A DNA stretch of 64,000 nt from Ignavibacteriota bacterium (GCA_963787835.1 CAWBEI010000002.1:960001-1024000); one strand, 5' to 3'. Shown: positions 28,101-37,814, counted from the stretch's first letter. Program-made: numbers and translations. The notes: generated from the letters alone by a model not told the origin.

Positions 28101-29859
28101 GGGCACCGCTCTTGGCTTCTTTCACGACCTCCGCTTCGAGACGCTTTACTAATTCGGAGTATCGTGCAAACACGGTGGGATCGTTTTTCACATCCTCTTT
28201 ATCAATATTAACCCTGAAGACTTCAATATTTCTGAATCCGGCATCGATCGATCGCTCAAACAGTTCCATCGAGCGCTCGGTTTGGTGTACTGCCATGAAG
28301 ATACAAGCCAGGTTATAATAGGTGTTTCCATCCAGACCTGTTAGTAGTAACACGTGTTCGGCTTCCGCCAAGGATTCCTCGACTTTTCCCGCAAGGTAGA
28401 GCAGTGTCGAATAGCTTAACCGTTGGGTTTGATCCTCTGGATGACGCGCGACATATTTTTCGAGATAAGGCAATGCTCGTTCGGATGCTCGTTTTGCATT
28501 CTCGTGATCGTCCACAGTGTCATACATAATAGCCAGATTGAAATGGGCAGGACGCGATACCGGATTTCTTTCTACAGCTTCTTCAAATGCATCGGCAGCA
28601 TCCCTGGGTTTTGCGAGCACCATATAGGCAAAACCCAAGTGGAACCATCTCATCCAATTGTTGGGCTCGATCTCAACAGCTTTTTTCGACGCAGCGATCG
28701 CCAGTTCCGGATCATTGCGAAAGATATAATAGATCCCGAGCATACTCTGTGTATGCGCAGATCCAGGGTTCAATGCGAGCGCCTTTTCGATGACAACTTT
28801 CGCACGATCCAGCCATTCCTCTGAACGGTCGTAATTGCGGTAATATCCGAGATAGGAATTACCGAGGCTTGCGAGCGCAAGCACGAACTGCGGATCCAGC
28901 GCAACCGCCTGCTCGCCTAATCGTATGGCATTCAACGAGTCCTGTTTGGTATTGCGGTTATCGAATGACATTGCCTGCAAATACAATTCGAATGCGTCGG
29001 AATTATCGGTAGGCCGTTCTTCTATCCGCTTCTCTTCTGACGGAGTAAGCGTGAGCAGCAATCCTTCGGTGATTTCCTTTGCGACTCGTTCCTGAATGTC
29101 GAAGATATCATTCATCACACCACCCTGCTTAAAGTTCCAAAGCGTTTTACCGTCGAACGTATCGACGAGCGTGGCAGAAATACGGATATTGTCGCCGGCT
29201 TTTTGCACTCCACCGGTCACAAGGTAACGAACATCCAGTTCGGCAGCAATTTGTTTTGATTTCAGGCTGCTTTTTTTATATTCTCGCGCGGTCTGCCGGT
29301 CGATCACAAACAGTTTTGACAGCCCCGATAACGTATCGATCAATTCATAGGTAAGACCATCCGAGAACCAATCGTGATCTTTGTTCGGGCTTAGATCTTC
29401 GAACGGAAGCACCGCAAGCCGTCTGGTCAGAATGGTATCTGGCGCAGATTCACGATCTTGTGATAAGCGTTCACTACGGTTAATACCAAGTTTTTTCAAG
29501 GAACGAAGTATCGCATCGAAATCCGATACTCCGGCCCGCTGCAAGCCTGCCAGTTGGTACTTGAAATCACTTGGAAGCACGACCGCTTCCAGTTCGATCG
29601 GAAGGATCGTCCGCTTGGACTCGCTGGCTATGGAAAGTTCTTTGACCACATTATCGCTTGCGATCGAAGCACTGGAGAGGAGAATGATAAATGCCTTTGA
29701 AGACTCGATGGCCTCGACGATCTCTTTGCTCCAGCTTGTCGCTATTTCAATGCCATGCTGATCGATCCATACCTCCATCCCCGACGCGCGAAGTTGTTCC
29801 GCAAGCGCAAGCGCCTGCTGGGAATCTTTGCGGGAGTAGGAGATGAAGATGTCAGGCAT
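28093..29859 (-). CDS. TIR domain + TolB-N-like domain + TPR repeat protein
   Basis: DIFISYSRKD...VWID...VVKEL (catalytic Glu position); LAVLPFEDLS...WFSDGLTYELI; multiple TPRs; YYNLAC. Confidence 0.88.
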   Translation of the reverse strand: MPDIFISYSRKDSQQALALAEQLRASGMEVWIDQHGIEIATSWSKEIVEAIESSKAFIILLSSASIASDNVVKELSIASESKRTILPIELEAVVLPSDFKYQLAGLQRAGVSDFDAILRSLKKLGINRSERLSQDRESAPDTILTRRLAVLPFEDLSPNKDHDWFSDGLTYELIDTLSGLSKLFVIDRQTAREYKKSSLKSKQIAAELDVRYLVTGGVQKAGDNIRISATLVDTFDGKTLWNFKQGGVMNDIFDIQERVAKEITEGLLLTLTPSEEKRIEERPTDNSDAFELYLQAMSFDNRNTKQDSLNAIRLGEQAVALDPQFVLALASLGNSYLGYYRNYDRSEEWLDRAKVVIEKALALNPGSAHTQSMLGIYYIFRNDPELAIAASKKAVEIEPNNWMRWFHLGFAYMVLAKPRDAADAFEEAVERNPVSRPAHFNLAIMYDTVDDHENAKRASERALPYLEKYVARHPEDQTQRLSYSTLLYLAGKVEESLAEAEHVLLLTGLDGNTYYNLACIFMAVHQTERSMELFERSIDAGFRNIEVFRVNIDKEDVKNDPTVFARYSELVKRLEAEVVKEAKSGAHA

Positions 29860-29923
29860 TAATTCGCAGCCCTGCCCGTTAGGGTACAGGATTCGTCGAA
29901 AATAACTTTTGAAGGAACATTCA

Positions 29924-29947
29924 CCGTGACTTAAAAGTCACGGCTAC
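29924..29947 (-). repeat. single GTAG REP (same family as 16515)
   Basis: CCGTGACTTAAAAGTCACGGCTAC. Confidence 0.8.
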
Positions 29948-29952
29948 AAACA

Positions 29953-30879
29953 TCATGGTTGAGGCAGGTTCCTTATCGCATTTTTGACGAACCCATCGGA
30001 TTCCGATAAGATGAGTGTCGCTTCTTCCTTCGTGCAATTTCTCAATTGCATCACGATCGCGGTTTTAACATGGCTTCCGCTTTGCGTGAGTAATAGAGTG
30101 GCACGCTCGTAATCGCAATCCGTTGCGAGCATTACGATTCGCTTCGCTCGTTCTTCCAGCTTTTTATTGGTAAGCTGAAGATCGACCATCATATTCTCAT
30201 ATACTTTCCCAAGGCGGACCATGGTAGCGGTGGTGATCATCGTCAGCACCATTTTCTGTGCCAACGCGGATTTCATTCGTGTCGATCCCATTAACACTTC
30301 AGAACCAACTACCGGACAGATCAACGCATTAAGAAATGAATAAGAAATTGATTCCCGTGGGTTCGTCGTGAGCAGTACCGTAAAGGCTCCCAGGATAGAA
30401 GCACGCTCCAAGGCACCGAGCACGAATGGCGTTCGATTACTTGCCGCGATCCCGATCACCATATCTTTTGCGGTAACTCTTCGCAGGTCCATTTCTTTTT
30501 TGCCAACGTCCTGATTATCCTCCGCTCCTTCCTGAGACTGGAACACTGCGTCTTTCCCTCCGGCAATGATAGCCTGTATAAGCTGCGGACGTGTCCCAAA
30601 TGTGGGTGGGCACTCTGCCGCATCGACAACCCCCATCCTGCCGCTGGTCCCGGCACCGACGTAGAAAAGCCGCCCACCATTTTTTATCACTTTGACTAAT
30701 TCCGAGACAACCGCTGTGATGTACGGAATTTCAAGCTCTACGGCAAAGGCGACCTTCCGGTCTTCTGAATTAATGAGGCGGAGAATTTCCTCCGCCGACA
30801 TCTCATCCATGTGCGTCGATGATGGATTCCGTTGCTCGGTTGCTAACTCCTGAACCTGATTGAATATTGATGACGGCAT
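29953..30879 (-). CDS. murQ: N-acetylmuramic acid 6-phosphate etherase
   Basis: TEQRNP, GAGTSGRMGVVDAAECPPTFG, EGAED, GSTRMKS, NMMVDL. Confidence 0.96.
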   Translation of the reverse strand: MPSSIFNQVQELATEQRNPSSTHMDEMSAEEILRLINSEDRKVAFAVELEIPYITAVVSELVKVIKNGGRLFYVGAGTSGRMGVVDAAECPPTFGTRPQLIQAIIAGGKDAVFQSQEGAEDNQDVGKKEMDLRRVTAKDMVIGIAASNRTPFVLGALERASILGAFTVLLTTNPRESISYSFLNALICPVVGSEVLMGSTRMKSALAQKMVLTMITTATMVRLGKVYENMMVDLQLTNKKLEERAKRIVMLATDCDYERATLLLTQSGSHVKTAIVMQLRNCTKEEATLILSESDGFVKNAIRNLPQP

Positions 30880-30926
30880 TTATATAAAAAAGAACTTATT
30901 AATATATAAATATATACTATTTGTAT

Positions 30927-30942
30927 GGTTCCACGTGGAACA
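30927..30942. promoter_or_regulatory. parS centromere-like site
   Basis: GGTTCCACGTGGAACA, 1 mismatch to TGTTCCACGTGGAACA. Confidence 0.85.
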
Positions 30943-30946
30943 ATTA

Positions 30947-32797
30947 TTAGAAAGCCTTCCTACGTACGGTTGCGAGTAAAATGGCCGCATCCGATGGTGT
31001 AACACCCGCCAGCCTTGATGCCTGCCCAATTGTGCGAGGCTTAACTTTAGCAAAAACCTCACTTGCCTCTTTGCTTATCGATGAAATAGTGTCAAAATCG
31101 AAGCTGTGTGGGATTTCCATATTCTCGCTTTCGGATAATCTTGCTATCTGCTCTCTGTGCCTTTTTATATATCCTTCGTAGGCGATCTCCGTTTCAACCA
31201 TTGTGATAATATCAAGATCCTCTTGAAGGATCTGTTTCATTCTTGAATCCGAGCTGTTGGTAATAAATTCAGTCAAAGACCCATTCTTAGACTTCAATCG
31301 ATTTTTCACGGTATCTCGAACTAATGGCACCTGACTGACAGTGACACGTTCCGATTGGGCCCATTCAATTACTTGGTTTATCAGAGCCTGTTTATTCCTA
31401 ACTCGCTCGATCTCGGAAGAAGTAATTAGTCCATATTTAAATGCTTTATCAGAGAGACGCAAGTCAGCATTGTCCTGCCGCAATAGTAACCGGTGTTCGG
31501 CGCTGGATGTAAAAAGACGATATGGCTCTTCCTGAATCTTGTTGATCAGATCATCGATCATTACCCCAACGTAAGCTTCATCTCTGCCGAGGATGAACTC
31601 AGGCATTTGCTTAAGTTTTGCTGCAGCATTGATTCCAGCGACTAAACCCTGAGCAGCCGCTTCTTCATATCCAGAAGTGCCATTTACCTGTCCTGCAAAA
31701 TAAAGGCCTTCAACGGACTTGCTTTCCAATGTATGATGGAGCTGATATGCTGGGAAATAGTCATACTCGACGGCATATCCGGGCCGGAGCATGATGACAT
31801 ACTCAAGCCCAAGCAATGTTCGCAGTGCCGAAAGCTGAACATCTTCGGGCAAGCTCGTTGAAAATCCGTTTACATAGATTATATCACCATCTTCCTCTTC
31901 TGGCTCCAGGAAAATGTGGTGCTCAGTCTTATCTGCAAACCGGATGATCTTGTCCTCTATCGAGGGACAGTACCGTGGCCCTTTTCCTTGAATCCGGCCA
32001 CTGAACATTGGAGATCTCTCAAACCCGGTCGCAAGAATATCATGGGTCTTCGGCGAGGTGTGAGTTATCCAGCAACAAATGGAGTTTTCGTGACGCTGAA
32101 CTGATCTTGACGAGAATGTGAATCTGGTATTATCTCCAAATTGTGCTTCAAGATTCGAAGTATCAATGGATTTCAGAGAAACGCGTGGTGGCGTACCTGT
32201 CTTTAATCTGGCAGTATGGAGGCTAAGAGCTCCTTCAGGTTCTGTGCTGAGCATTGAAGCTTTTTCACCGAATCTCCCACCGGTTGCCTGCTGAAGTCCA
32301 GTGTGCATTACTCCATTCAGGAACGTACCGGCGCAAATGATGACAGCCTTCGATCTAAGCATTTCTCCAGTTGAAAGAATGACCCCGGCAGCTTTTCCAT
32401 CCTCAATTAAGATCTTATCTACGGAGCCTTCAAAAAGAATATTTGTATCAAGCTCTCGGAGCTTTCTTTGAGCAACGATCGGATATTGGCTTCGGCTTAC
32501 CTGGCTTCTCGGTGACCACACTGCCGGACCCTTCGACATATTCAGCATTCTAAACTGCAGCGAGCATTCGTCTGTGATCTCGCCCATCAATCCGCCGAGA
32601 GCATCTATCTCCTTCACCACCTGGCCTTTCGCTGTTCCACCCACAGCAGGGTTACAGGAGAGTGTTCCGACTTTTTCAGCAGACATTGAGACAAGCCGAA
32701 CCTTCAACCCCATTTTATGGGCTGCATTGGCGGCTTCAATTCCTGCATGACCGCCGCCGATCACTAATATGTCTGCAAAGTGTTCCACGTGGAACAT
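30947..32797 (-). CDS. mnmG: tRNA uridine-5-carboxymethylaminomethyl modification enzyme
   Basis: [51 protein letters not shown]. Confidence 0.98.
   Translation of the reverse strand: MFHVEHFADILVIGGGHAGIEAANAAHKMGLKVRLVSMSAEKVGTLSCNPAVGGTAKGQVVKEIDALGGLMGEITDECSLQFRMLNMSKGPAVWSPRSQVSRSQYPIVAQRKLRELDTNILFEGSVDKILIEDGKAAGVILSTGEMLRSKAVIICAGTFLNGVMHTGLQQATGGRFGEKASMLSTEPEGALSLHTARLKTGTPPRVSLKSIDTSNLEAQFGDNTRFTFSSRSVQRHENSICCWITHTSPKTHDILATGFERSPMFSGRIQGKGPRYCPSIEDKIIRFADKTEHHIFLEPEEEDGDIIYVNGFSTSLPEDVQLSALRTLLGLEYVIMLRPGYAVEYDYFPAYQLHHTLESKSVEGLYFAGQVNGTSGYEEAAAQGLVAGINAAAKLKQMPEFILGRDEAYVGVMIDDLINKIQEEPYRLFTSSAEHRLLLRQDNADLRLSDKAFKYGLITSSEIERVRNKQALINQVIEWAQSERVTVSQVPLVRDTVKNRLKSKNGSLTEFITNSSDSRMKQILQEDLDIITMVETEIAYEGYIKRHREQIARLSESENMEIPHSFDFDTISSISKEASEVFAKVKPRTIGQASRLAGVTPSDAAILLATVRRKAF
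32781..32796. promoter_or_regulatory. parS site (perfect palindrome) overlapping the mnmG start
   Basis: TGTTCCACGTGGAACA, encoding MFHVEH. Confidence 0.92.
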
Positions 32798-32802
32798 CGG
32801 GA

Positions 32803-32837
32803 AAGTATGAATTATGAAGTATGAATTATGAAATTAG
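32803..32837. repeat. heptamer tandem repeat (AAKTATG)
   Basis: aagtatg aattatg aagtatg aattatg aaattag; similar run near 51238-51260. Confidence 0.65.
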
Positions 32838-34196
32838 TCATTTACCAATACACATTTTGCCGAATATATAGTCAAGGCTATCGGAGTTGACGTTCATTCC
32901 GAGCAACGATGATAGATCTGCAATGCAAGAACGCAAATCCTCTGCGAGTAATGCTGGCTCCAGATCAATAGATAACAATTTCAGTCTTGCTATTACAGAT
33001 TCCAGCTTCATTCTTTCGGAGCTATTTATGTTTATACGATTAAGATCCGAAGAGCGAGCTTTGAGCTCGTTCGAAAGCCAAACATGAAGTTCCTCAATGC
33101 CAGTACCTGTAAGAGCAGAAATATGAAGCGAATCCCGCCATCCATCGAGATCGATCTTATTATGAAGAAGAATGGCCTCATAATCTAAGAATGGTGTGCG
33201 ATCCGAGGGGTCCGTCACACGCAATGATATATCAGCATGACGGGCAGCATCCGAGCCAAGCGCGATCCCACGCTGCTCAAGCGTTTCTTCAGATGAACGA
33301 ATACCAGCGGTATCTACCAACTTAACACGGAATCCATCCACGTCGATGAAAGCCTCTACATAATCGCGGGTTGTGCCGGGGATATCACTTACAATACTAC
33401 GCTCAAAGTTAAGTAAAGCATTGAAAATACTGCTCTTACCGACATTCGGCGGGCCAGTCAGAGCAACAGTGAAATACCCGGCATTTTCACGACGGGTGGT
33501 GCTATCTCTCATCAGAGTTTCAAGTAAGGTAGTAACCTCATCCACACGAATAGTAAAATCCTTGATCTTGATCTGATCGGAATCACCAAAGTCGATCTCA
33601 GCATCGACCAATGCTATCAAGGCGATGAGCTTATCATAGACGCTACGCAATCGCGCAAATTTTTCGTAAATAGCAAGCTCGGCTCCGCGCAATTCTTGAC
33701 TGGAAGAGGAATTTGCCTTTGCTACGATAAGTTCGGCGTCCTCAAAGCTGATCTTGCCATTGAAGAATGCTCTTCGGGAAAACTCACCCGGCTCTGCCTC
33801 GCGAGCGCCCGCTGAAATGAGGGCTGAAAGCACCCGACGTTCGATCAACGGCGACCCATGCGAGGTGATCTCACATAGATCTTCGCCGGTAAATGACCGG
33901 GGGCTGCGGTAAATATGGATGACAACGTCATCAATAAATGCTCCTGGGGTAGCGTAAACTTTAGTTTGCGACTCCGCAGCCGGGTCGTAAACTGAAGTTT
34001 GGGGGACATCAGGGTTCTTAATAGCCGTATAGATCGAACTTCCTCCCCGAGCGACCCAGATCAATTCCGGCTCGCTAACGACATTTGCCACGATCCGAAT
34101 TGAATCCGGACCCGAAATACGCACAATACCAAGCGCCGACCGAGCTTCGGCGGTACTGATGGCAACGATGGTATCATGGAAATGACTGAGCGACAT
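32838..34196 (-). CDS. mnmE: tRNA modification GTPase
   Basis: DTIVAIST, PRSFTGED, GEFSRRAFFNGK, GPPNVGKSS, PGTTRD, DTAGIR, NKID, terminal CIGK. Confidence 0.96.
   Translation of the reverse strand: MSLSHFHDTIVAISTAEARSALGIVRISGPDSIRIVANVVSEPELIWVARGGSSIYTAIKNPDVPQTSVYDPAAESQTKVYATPGAFIDDVVIHIYRSPRSFTGEDLCEITSHGSPLIERRVLSALISAGAREAEPGEFSRRAFFNGKISFEDAELIVAKANSSSSQELRGAELAIYEKFARLRSVYDKLIALIALVDAEIDFGDSDQIKIKDFTIRVDEVTTLLETLMRDSTTRRENAGYFTVALTGPPNVGKSSIFNALLNFERSIVSDIPGTTRDYVEAFIDVDGFRVKLVDTAGIRSSEETLEQRGIALGSDAARHADISLRVTDPSDRTPFLDYEAILLHNKIDLDGWRDSLHISALTGTGIEELHVWLSNELKARSSDLNRININSSERMKLESVIARLKLLSIDLEPALLAEDLRSCIADLSSLLGMNVNSDSLDYIFGKMCIGK
33949..34007. repeat. degenerate GTAG REP doublet inserted in-frame in mnmE
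   Basis: GTAGCGTAAACTTTAGTTTGCG...CGTAAACTGAAGTTTGGGGGAC, encoding VPQTSVYDPAAESQTKVYAT. Confidence 0.72.
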
Positions 34197-34276
34197 GCAA
34201 AAGTGTTAAGTCTATCGGGCGAACTTTAGTTTGCCAATAGCCTTTACAAATGGTAACATTTTACTCTCGGCATATT

Positions 34277-34861
34277 ATGAAAACACGTTATCTCTTTCTA
34301 CTACTCTCGCTTGCAACTGGTGCGGGTTGTTCTCCGTCAACCAGTTCCAACTCAAGTTCAAGCTTCACGAATACCGATGCAGCCCAAATGGGGAATGTCT
34401 CCGGAATCTATGAGCTCTCAAATTACGGTACCGTAGGATCGTGGACAGGTGTGGATATCAAATGGAAGAATTCTCAAGGTAACATTCAGGCACTTTCGGG
34501 ATATTCCGGCAAACCGGTGCTGCTTTCGTTTTGGGCAACAACACCTGTAGCTGCGGCGGCTGAAGAATCAACATTAGATTCCGTCCAAAAAGATTTGGGC
34601 GATAGCGTTGGAATCGTTACCGTTGGCGAGAACAACAACTTTCAGACCTTTTATAACTATGCCACAGCGAATAAGATCACTGTGCAGATCGTCGTCGATA
34701 GCTTAGAACTAACAAATGATCAGTATGCCGCAATGGCTAATAGTAATGTTGTATGGCCAGAAACATTTGTATTAAAACCGAACGGTACTGCCATGATCGC
34801 CGAGGAAGGTTATGTAACGGAGCACGCGCTCGATAGCCTCGTGCGGGCGGCGTATCATTAA
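34277..34861 (+). CDS. TlpA/ResA-like thioredoxin-fold lipoprotein lacking CxxC
   Basis: Lipobox GAGC; LSGYSGKPVLLSFWAT-TPVA-AAAE; WPETFVLKPNG. Confidence 0.78.
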   Translation: MKTRYLFLLLSLATGAGCSPSTSSNSSSSFTNTDAAQMGNVSGIYELSNYGTVGSWTGVDIKWKNSQGNIQALSGYSGKPVLLSFWATTPVAAAAEESTLDSVQKDLGDSVGIVTVGENNNFQTFYNYATANKITVQIVVDSLELTNDQYAAMANSNVVWPETFVLKPNGTAMIAEEGYVTEHALDSLVRAAYH

Positions 34862-34868
34862 ACGAGAT

Positions 34869-35132
34869 CTACCACTCCCGTTTATGCCGTAGTTCCCACT
34901 CCTGTTTCAGCAACGAAGCGCGTGTCGCTTTTATAATTTGCTTTTGTTCCCATCGCCGACGCATACGTGTGGTGGACGCGATAATCGAAAGGATTGCCGC
35001 GATCGCTATAATGCTATATTCGATCCAGCGATAGTTGTGCCGAAATAAGTGAAGCCCAGCAAGCACAATAACGATCGCAACAAGCAACAGCGAAATCGTA
35101 CTCATCCATTTTGTAGTCATTTTTGAAATCAT
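34869..35132 (-). CDS. small membrane protein (2 TM), translationally coupled to yidD
   Basis: ATGA overlap with the yidD stop; two hydrophobic segments. Confidence 0.55.
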   Translation of the reverse strand: MISKMTTKWMSTISLLLVAIVIVLAGLHLFRHNYRWIEYSIIAIAAILSIIASTTRMRRRWEQKQIIKATRASLLKQEWELRHKREW

Positions 35133-35338
35133 GGGACTGGGTCGTACCCTCCTTTATGCAAAGGATGGCAGCGCCCGATGCGTTTCATTCCCATCCATCC
35201 GCCTTTGAATATCCCATATTTTGTAATGGCTTGCGCCATGTATTCCGAACACGTCGGCGTGTATCGGCATGAAGCCGGAAAGAGCGGCGAAAGTAGCTGC
35301 TGATACAGGTGAATGAGAAAGATAAAAATGGAGCGCAT
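35129..35338 (-). CDS. yidD: membrane protein insertion efficiency factor
   Basis: [25 protein letters not shown]. Confidence 0.96.
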   Translation of the reverse strand: MRSIFIFLIHLYQQLLSPLFPASCRYTPTCSEYMAQAITKYGIFKGGWMGMKRIGRCHPLHKGGYDPVP

Positions 35339-35376
35339 CGACAGAGTACCGAGTGAATGAGTAACGAGTACCGAGT

Positions 35377-35778
35377 TCAGACTCGTTTCTTCAAAAGCAA
35401 ACTGATGTGTTCTGTCTCTTCAAGAATCTGTGCCCACTGTACCTCCCGGATCGGCTTTGAGACACGCATCATCACCAGCAATTGCTCGCTGTGGGAGGAA
35501 AGCTCTGTTTCGAGCGTGGCAAATTCAGGAACTTCCGTTATGGCTGCGCGGAGCCATCGTTTTATTTTATTGCGATCGTGCGCGCGCTTGTAGGAGCGTT
35601 TTGGGGCAAGCAAGAGAAATCTGGTTGCACTTTCACCTTCCGGCAAAGTGCGTTTCGCCCAAGCACATTCTATAATGGAATTTTGACCGAGACGAATCCA
35701 CTTGCGGTTTGCGAAGAACCAATCGAGCGTGTCACGCCCGCTTAAAGAATGGTTACGACCAACGCTTAAGCGTTTCAA
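35377..35778 (-). CDS. rnpA: ribonuclease P protein component
   Basis: [14 protein letters not shown] (RNR motif); lies between rpmH and yidD. Confidence 0.88.
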   Translation of the reverse strand: MKRLSVGRNHSLSGRDTLDWFFANRKWIRLGQNSIIECAWAKRTLPEGESATRFLLLAPKRSYKRAHDRNKIKRWLRAAITEVPEFATLETELSSHSEQLLVMMRVSKPIREVQWAQILEETEHISLLLKKRV

Positions 35779-35880
35779 TTAAAAATTAAGAATTAAAAAT
35801 TAAGAATTGGGATGAATCCAAGCGATTCGGAAATCCTATGCCCTAACTCTTAATTCTTAATTGTTAATTCTTAATTTTTA
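35777..35880. repeat. inverted pair of heptamer arrays (AATTAAR)n ... (YTTAATT)n
   Basis: Five units per side around a ~30-bp spacer, between rpmH and rnpA. Confidence 0.8.
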
Positions 35881-36030
35881 CTTTCCGCGCTCGTCGGAGA
35901 CGGTCAGCTTATGCCGGCCTTTGGCACGGCGGGAGGCGAGCACGCGGCGGCCATTTTTTGTGCCCATACGCGAGCGAAATCCGTGTTTGTTGGCGCGCTT
36001 ACGGCGGCTGGGTTGGTAGGTACGTTTCAT
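35878..36030 (-). CDS. rpmH: 50S ribosomal protein L34
   Basis: Manual translation: [50 protein letters not shown]. Confidence 0.98.
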   Translation of the reverse strand: MKRTYQPSRRKRANKHGFRSRMGTKNGRRVLASRRAKGRHKLTVSDERGK

Positions 36031-36106
36031 TTGCGGTGTGTTCTAAGTGGCGCGGCTAACAGCTTTGGGGCAAAGAATGGTTCTAACAAAAACCATTAAC
36101 ATTCCA

Positions 36107-36898
36107 CTACGGAATACTAAATTGCACCGTGTTCGCGGGGTACTGTCCAAAGTAGGGGTAGATCTTCTTCCCCGTCGAATCGTAACTGGCGAAAACATAT
36201 TTTCCCTGATACGGAGAGGCGAAAGCCGTGCAAAATACCTGCGTTCCCGAAGGAAATGTGCTATGCACAAGCTGGGGCTCCACGCTTATCTTAATAGTGC
36301 TGTCGGCTACATTTCCTATTTGCTCATAGACGAGTTGGTAGGATGATGGAACATTCGGGTCAATACCGCGCTCCGTCGAGAGGTAAAGATACACCGTCCC
36401 AAGCGATGGCAAATACGATTTCTGCGACGATAGACGAACCCAGACATCCTGCCCAAGCGAGGCGTCGGAGTCCAGGCGAACGCTATCGATCGTCGCCTGT
36501 ATCCAGGATTGCGGATAGATGTGTATCACATTCTGCGAAGAAACGGGATCTGGCTCCGTTACCGGATATAACGATGGTACAAATCCTTTGAAATTCGCAT
36601 CGATCGTATAATTCCCCGCCGGCAGGGAATCGAAGAAGAACGTACCCGAAAGGCCCGTATATGCTTTGTAGGATCTCGGGCCGCTGATGGCAATGCTGTC
36701 ATCCGTTGCTGCGATCCATACGACGGTGTCGTATCCGGATTGATCGGTGACGACTTGCACCACCGACCCCACTATCGAATAATAAGTGGCCGTCTTCTTC
36801 GTGCTATCGATAGGAGATGTGCTGGGCGCAGTGCTGGAATGGCTGCATCCAAGGAATAACGCTATTGGAATGGCGAATAAAATGGTAAAATATCTCAT
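36107..36898 (-). CDS. lipoprotein with carboxypeptidase-regulatory-like (prealbumin fold) domain
   Basis: ATG 36898; lipobox FLGC; TGLSGTFFFDSLPAGNYTIDANFKGF. Confidence 0.72.
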   Translation of the reverse strand: MRYFTILFAIPIALFLGCSHSSTAPSTSPIDSTKKTATYYSIVGSVVQVVTDQSGYDTVVWIAATDDSIAISGPRSYKAYTGLSGTFFFDSLPAGNYTIDANFKGFVPSLYPVTEPDPVSSQNVIHIYPQSWIQATIDSVRLDSDASLGQDVWVRLSSQKSYLPSLGTVYLYLSTERGIDPNVPSSYQLVYEQIGNVADSTIKISVEPQLVHSTFPSGTQVFCTAFASPYQGKYVFASYDSTGKKIYPYFGQYPANTVQFSIP

Positions 36899-37043
36899 AA
36901 TGATGCGTAATGTGGACGGATGGAGCGACACGAAGACACCCCAATCCGTCACATAAACAATCTCCGAATTTGGAAATTGTTACATCGCTGAATGTGCGAA
37001 ACCCGCCGAAGGCACAAGCCAAGCTAAGTAAAATATGCTTCCT

Positions 37044-37321
37044 CCAGAAATAGGTGCCATTTCTTTTTCTTGCTGAGTTCCCGATACTCGTTGCTCCTCC
37101 CTCGTTTCCGGGCCAATTTCGCCATTTGTTCCAACAGGTATTCATAAAAGTCCCTTCACAGAGAACTCGTTCATAATGAAACCTATCGCCGCCATTTTCA
37201 ATGAGCCACTGAGCACCTATTCTTAATTCTCAATTCTTAATTGAAAATTGATATATGTGCCTATCATCTCACCACCTAATATACGACACTTTTCCGAGTC
37301 GCCACCAAATTCGAAATTTTC
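37044..37321 (-). ncRNA. promoter plus candidate structured ncRNA/leader, copy B
   Basis: TATATT at 37278-37283 (-); 5' part nearly identical to 50992-51125; 3' part homologous to 18010-18152. Confidence 0.5.
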
Positions 37322-37390
37322 TTTTGGCCACTCCTACGGATAACACAAGCCGTGTCTCGGGAGCCGTGTCTCGGGAAGAGGCGCTTCTTA

Positions 37391-37623
37391 GACCCGAAGG
37401 GACGGAGTACCCGCAGCCCAGGGTGAAGTCCGCCGCGGCGGACGGAACCCTGGGTAACGGAATATGAACAGGAAGTTATAGCCCTGAAAGGGCGATGTTA
37501 GCCGTGCGGCATTTACTCCGTCCTTGCAGGACTATGGGAACCACAAGGGCATCTATACCTGGGGTTCCGTCCGCCGCGGCGGACTCCACCCCAGGCTGCG
37601 AGTACTCCATCGCGCCGCGACTA
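37391..37623. mobile_element. large palindromic non-autonomous element (CCCAGGG / GCCCTGAAAGGGC family)
   Basis: Arms GGAGTACCCGCAGCCCAGGGTG / CACCCCAGGCTGCGAGTACTCC with nested GTCCGCCGCGGCGGAC hairpins; homolog at 50651-50872. Confidence 0.75.
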
Positions 37624-37697
37624 AAACAATCCTGAAAATCCAGTGAATTATGGCCCATTTTTCCCGCCCGCCACCAAATTCGGAATTTCTCCTAACG

Positions 37698-37814
37698 TAG
37701 GGCCGTGCTGCGCACGTCCGCCCACGGGGAATTAGGAGAGCAATTATGATGTATATTCAAACGGGAACGACCGACAACGGGGAAGGGCGCGCGTCCGCCG
37801 CGGCGGATCCCTAC
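37698..37814. repeat. GTAG REP doublet (GTAGGGCCGTGCTGCGCACGTCC ... GATCCCTAC)
   Basis: Left arm is the reverse complement (1 mismatch) of the REP inside the downstream CDS. Confidence 0.65.

Noticed and set aside
37348-37376. 14-bp tandem duplication AGCCGTGTCTCGGG as a target-site duplication
   Set aside because: The two copies are adjacent with nothing between them; simple slippage is enough to explain it.
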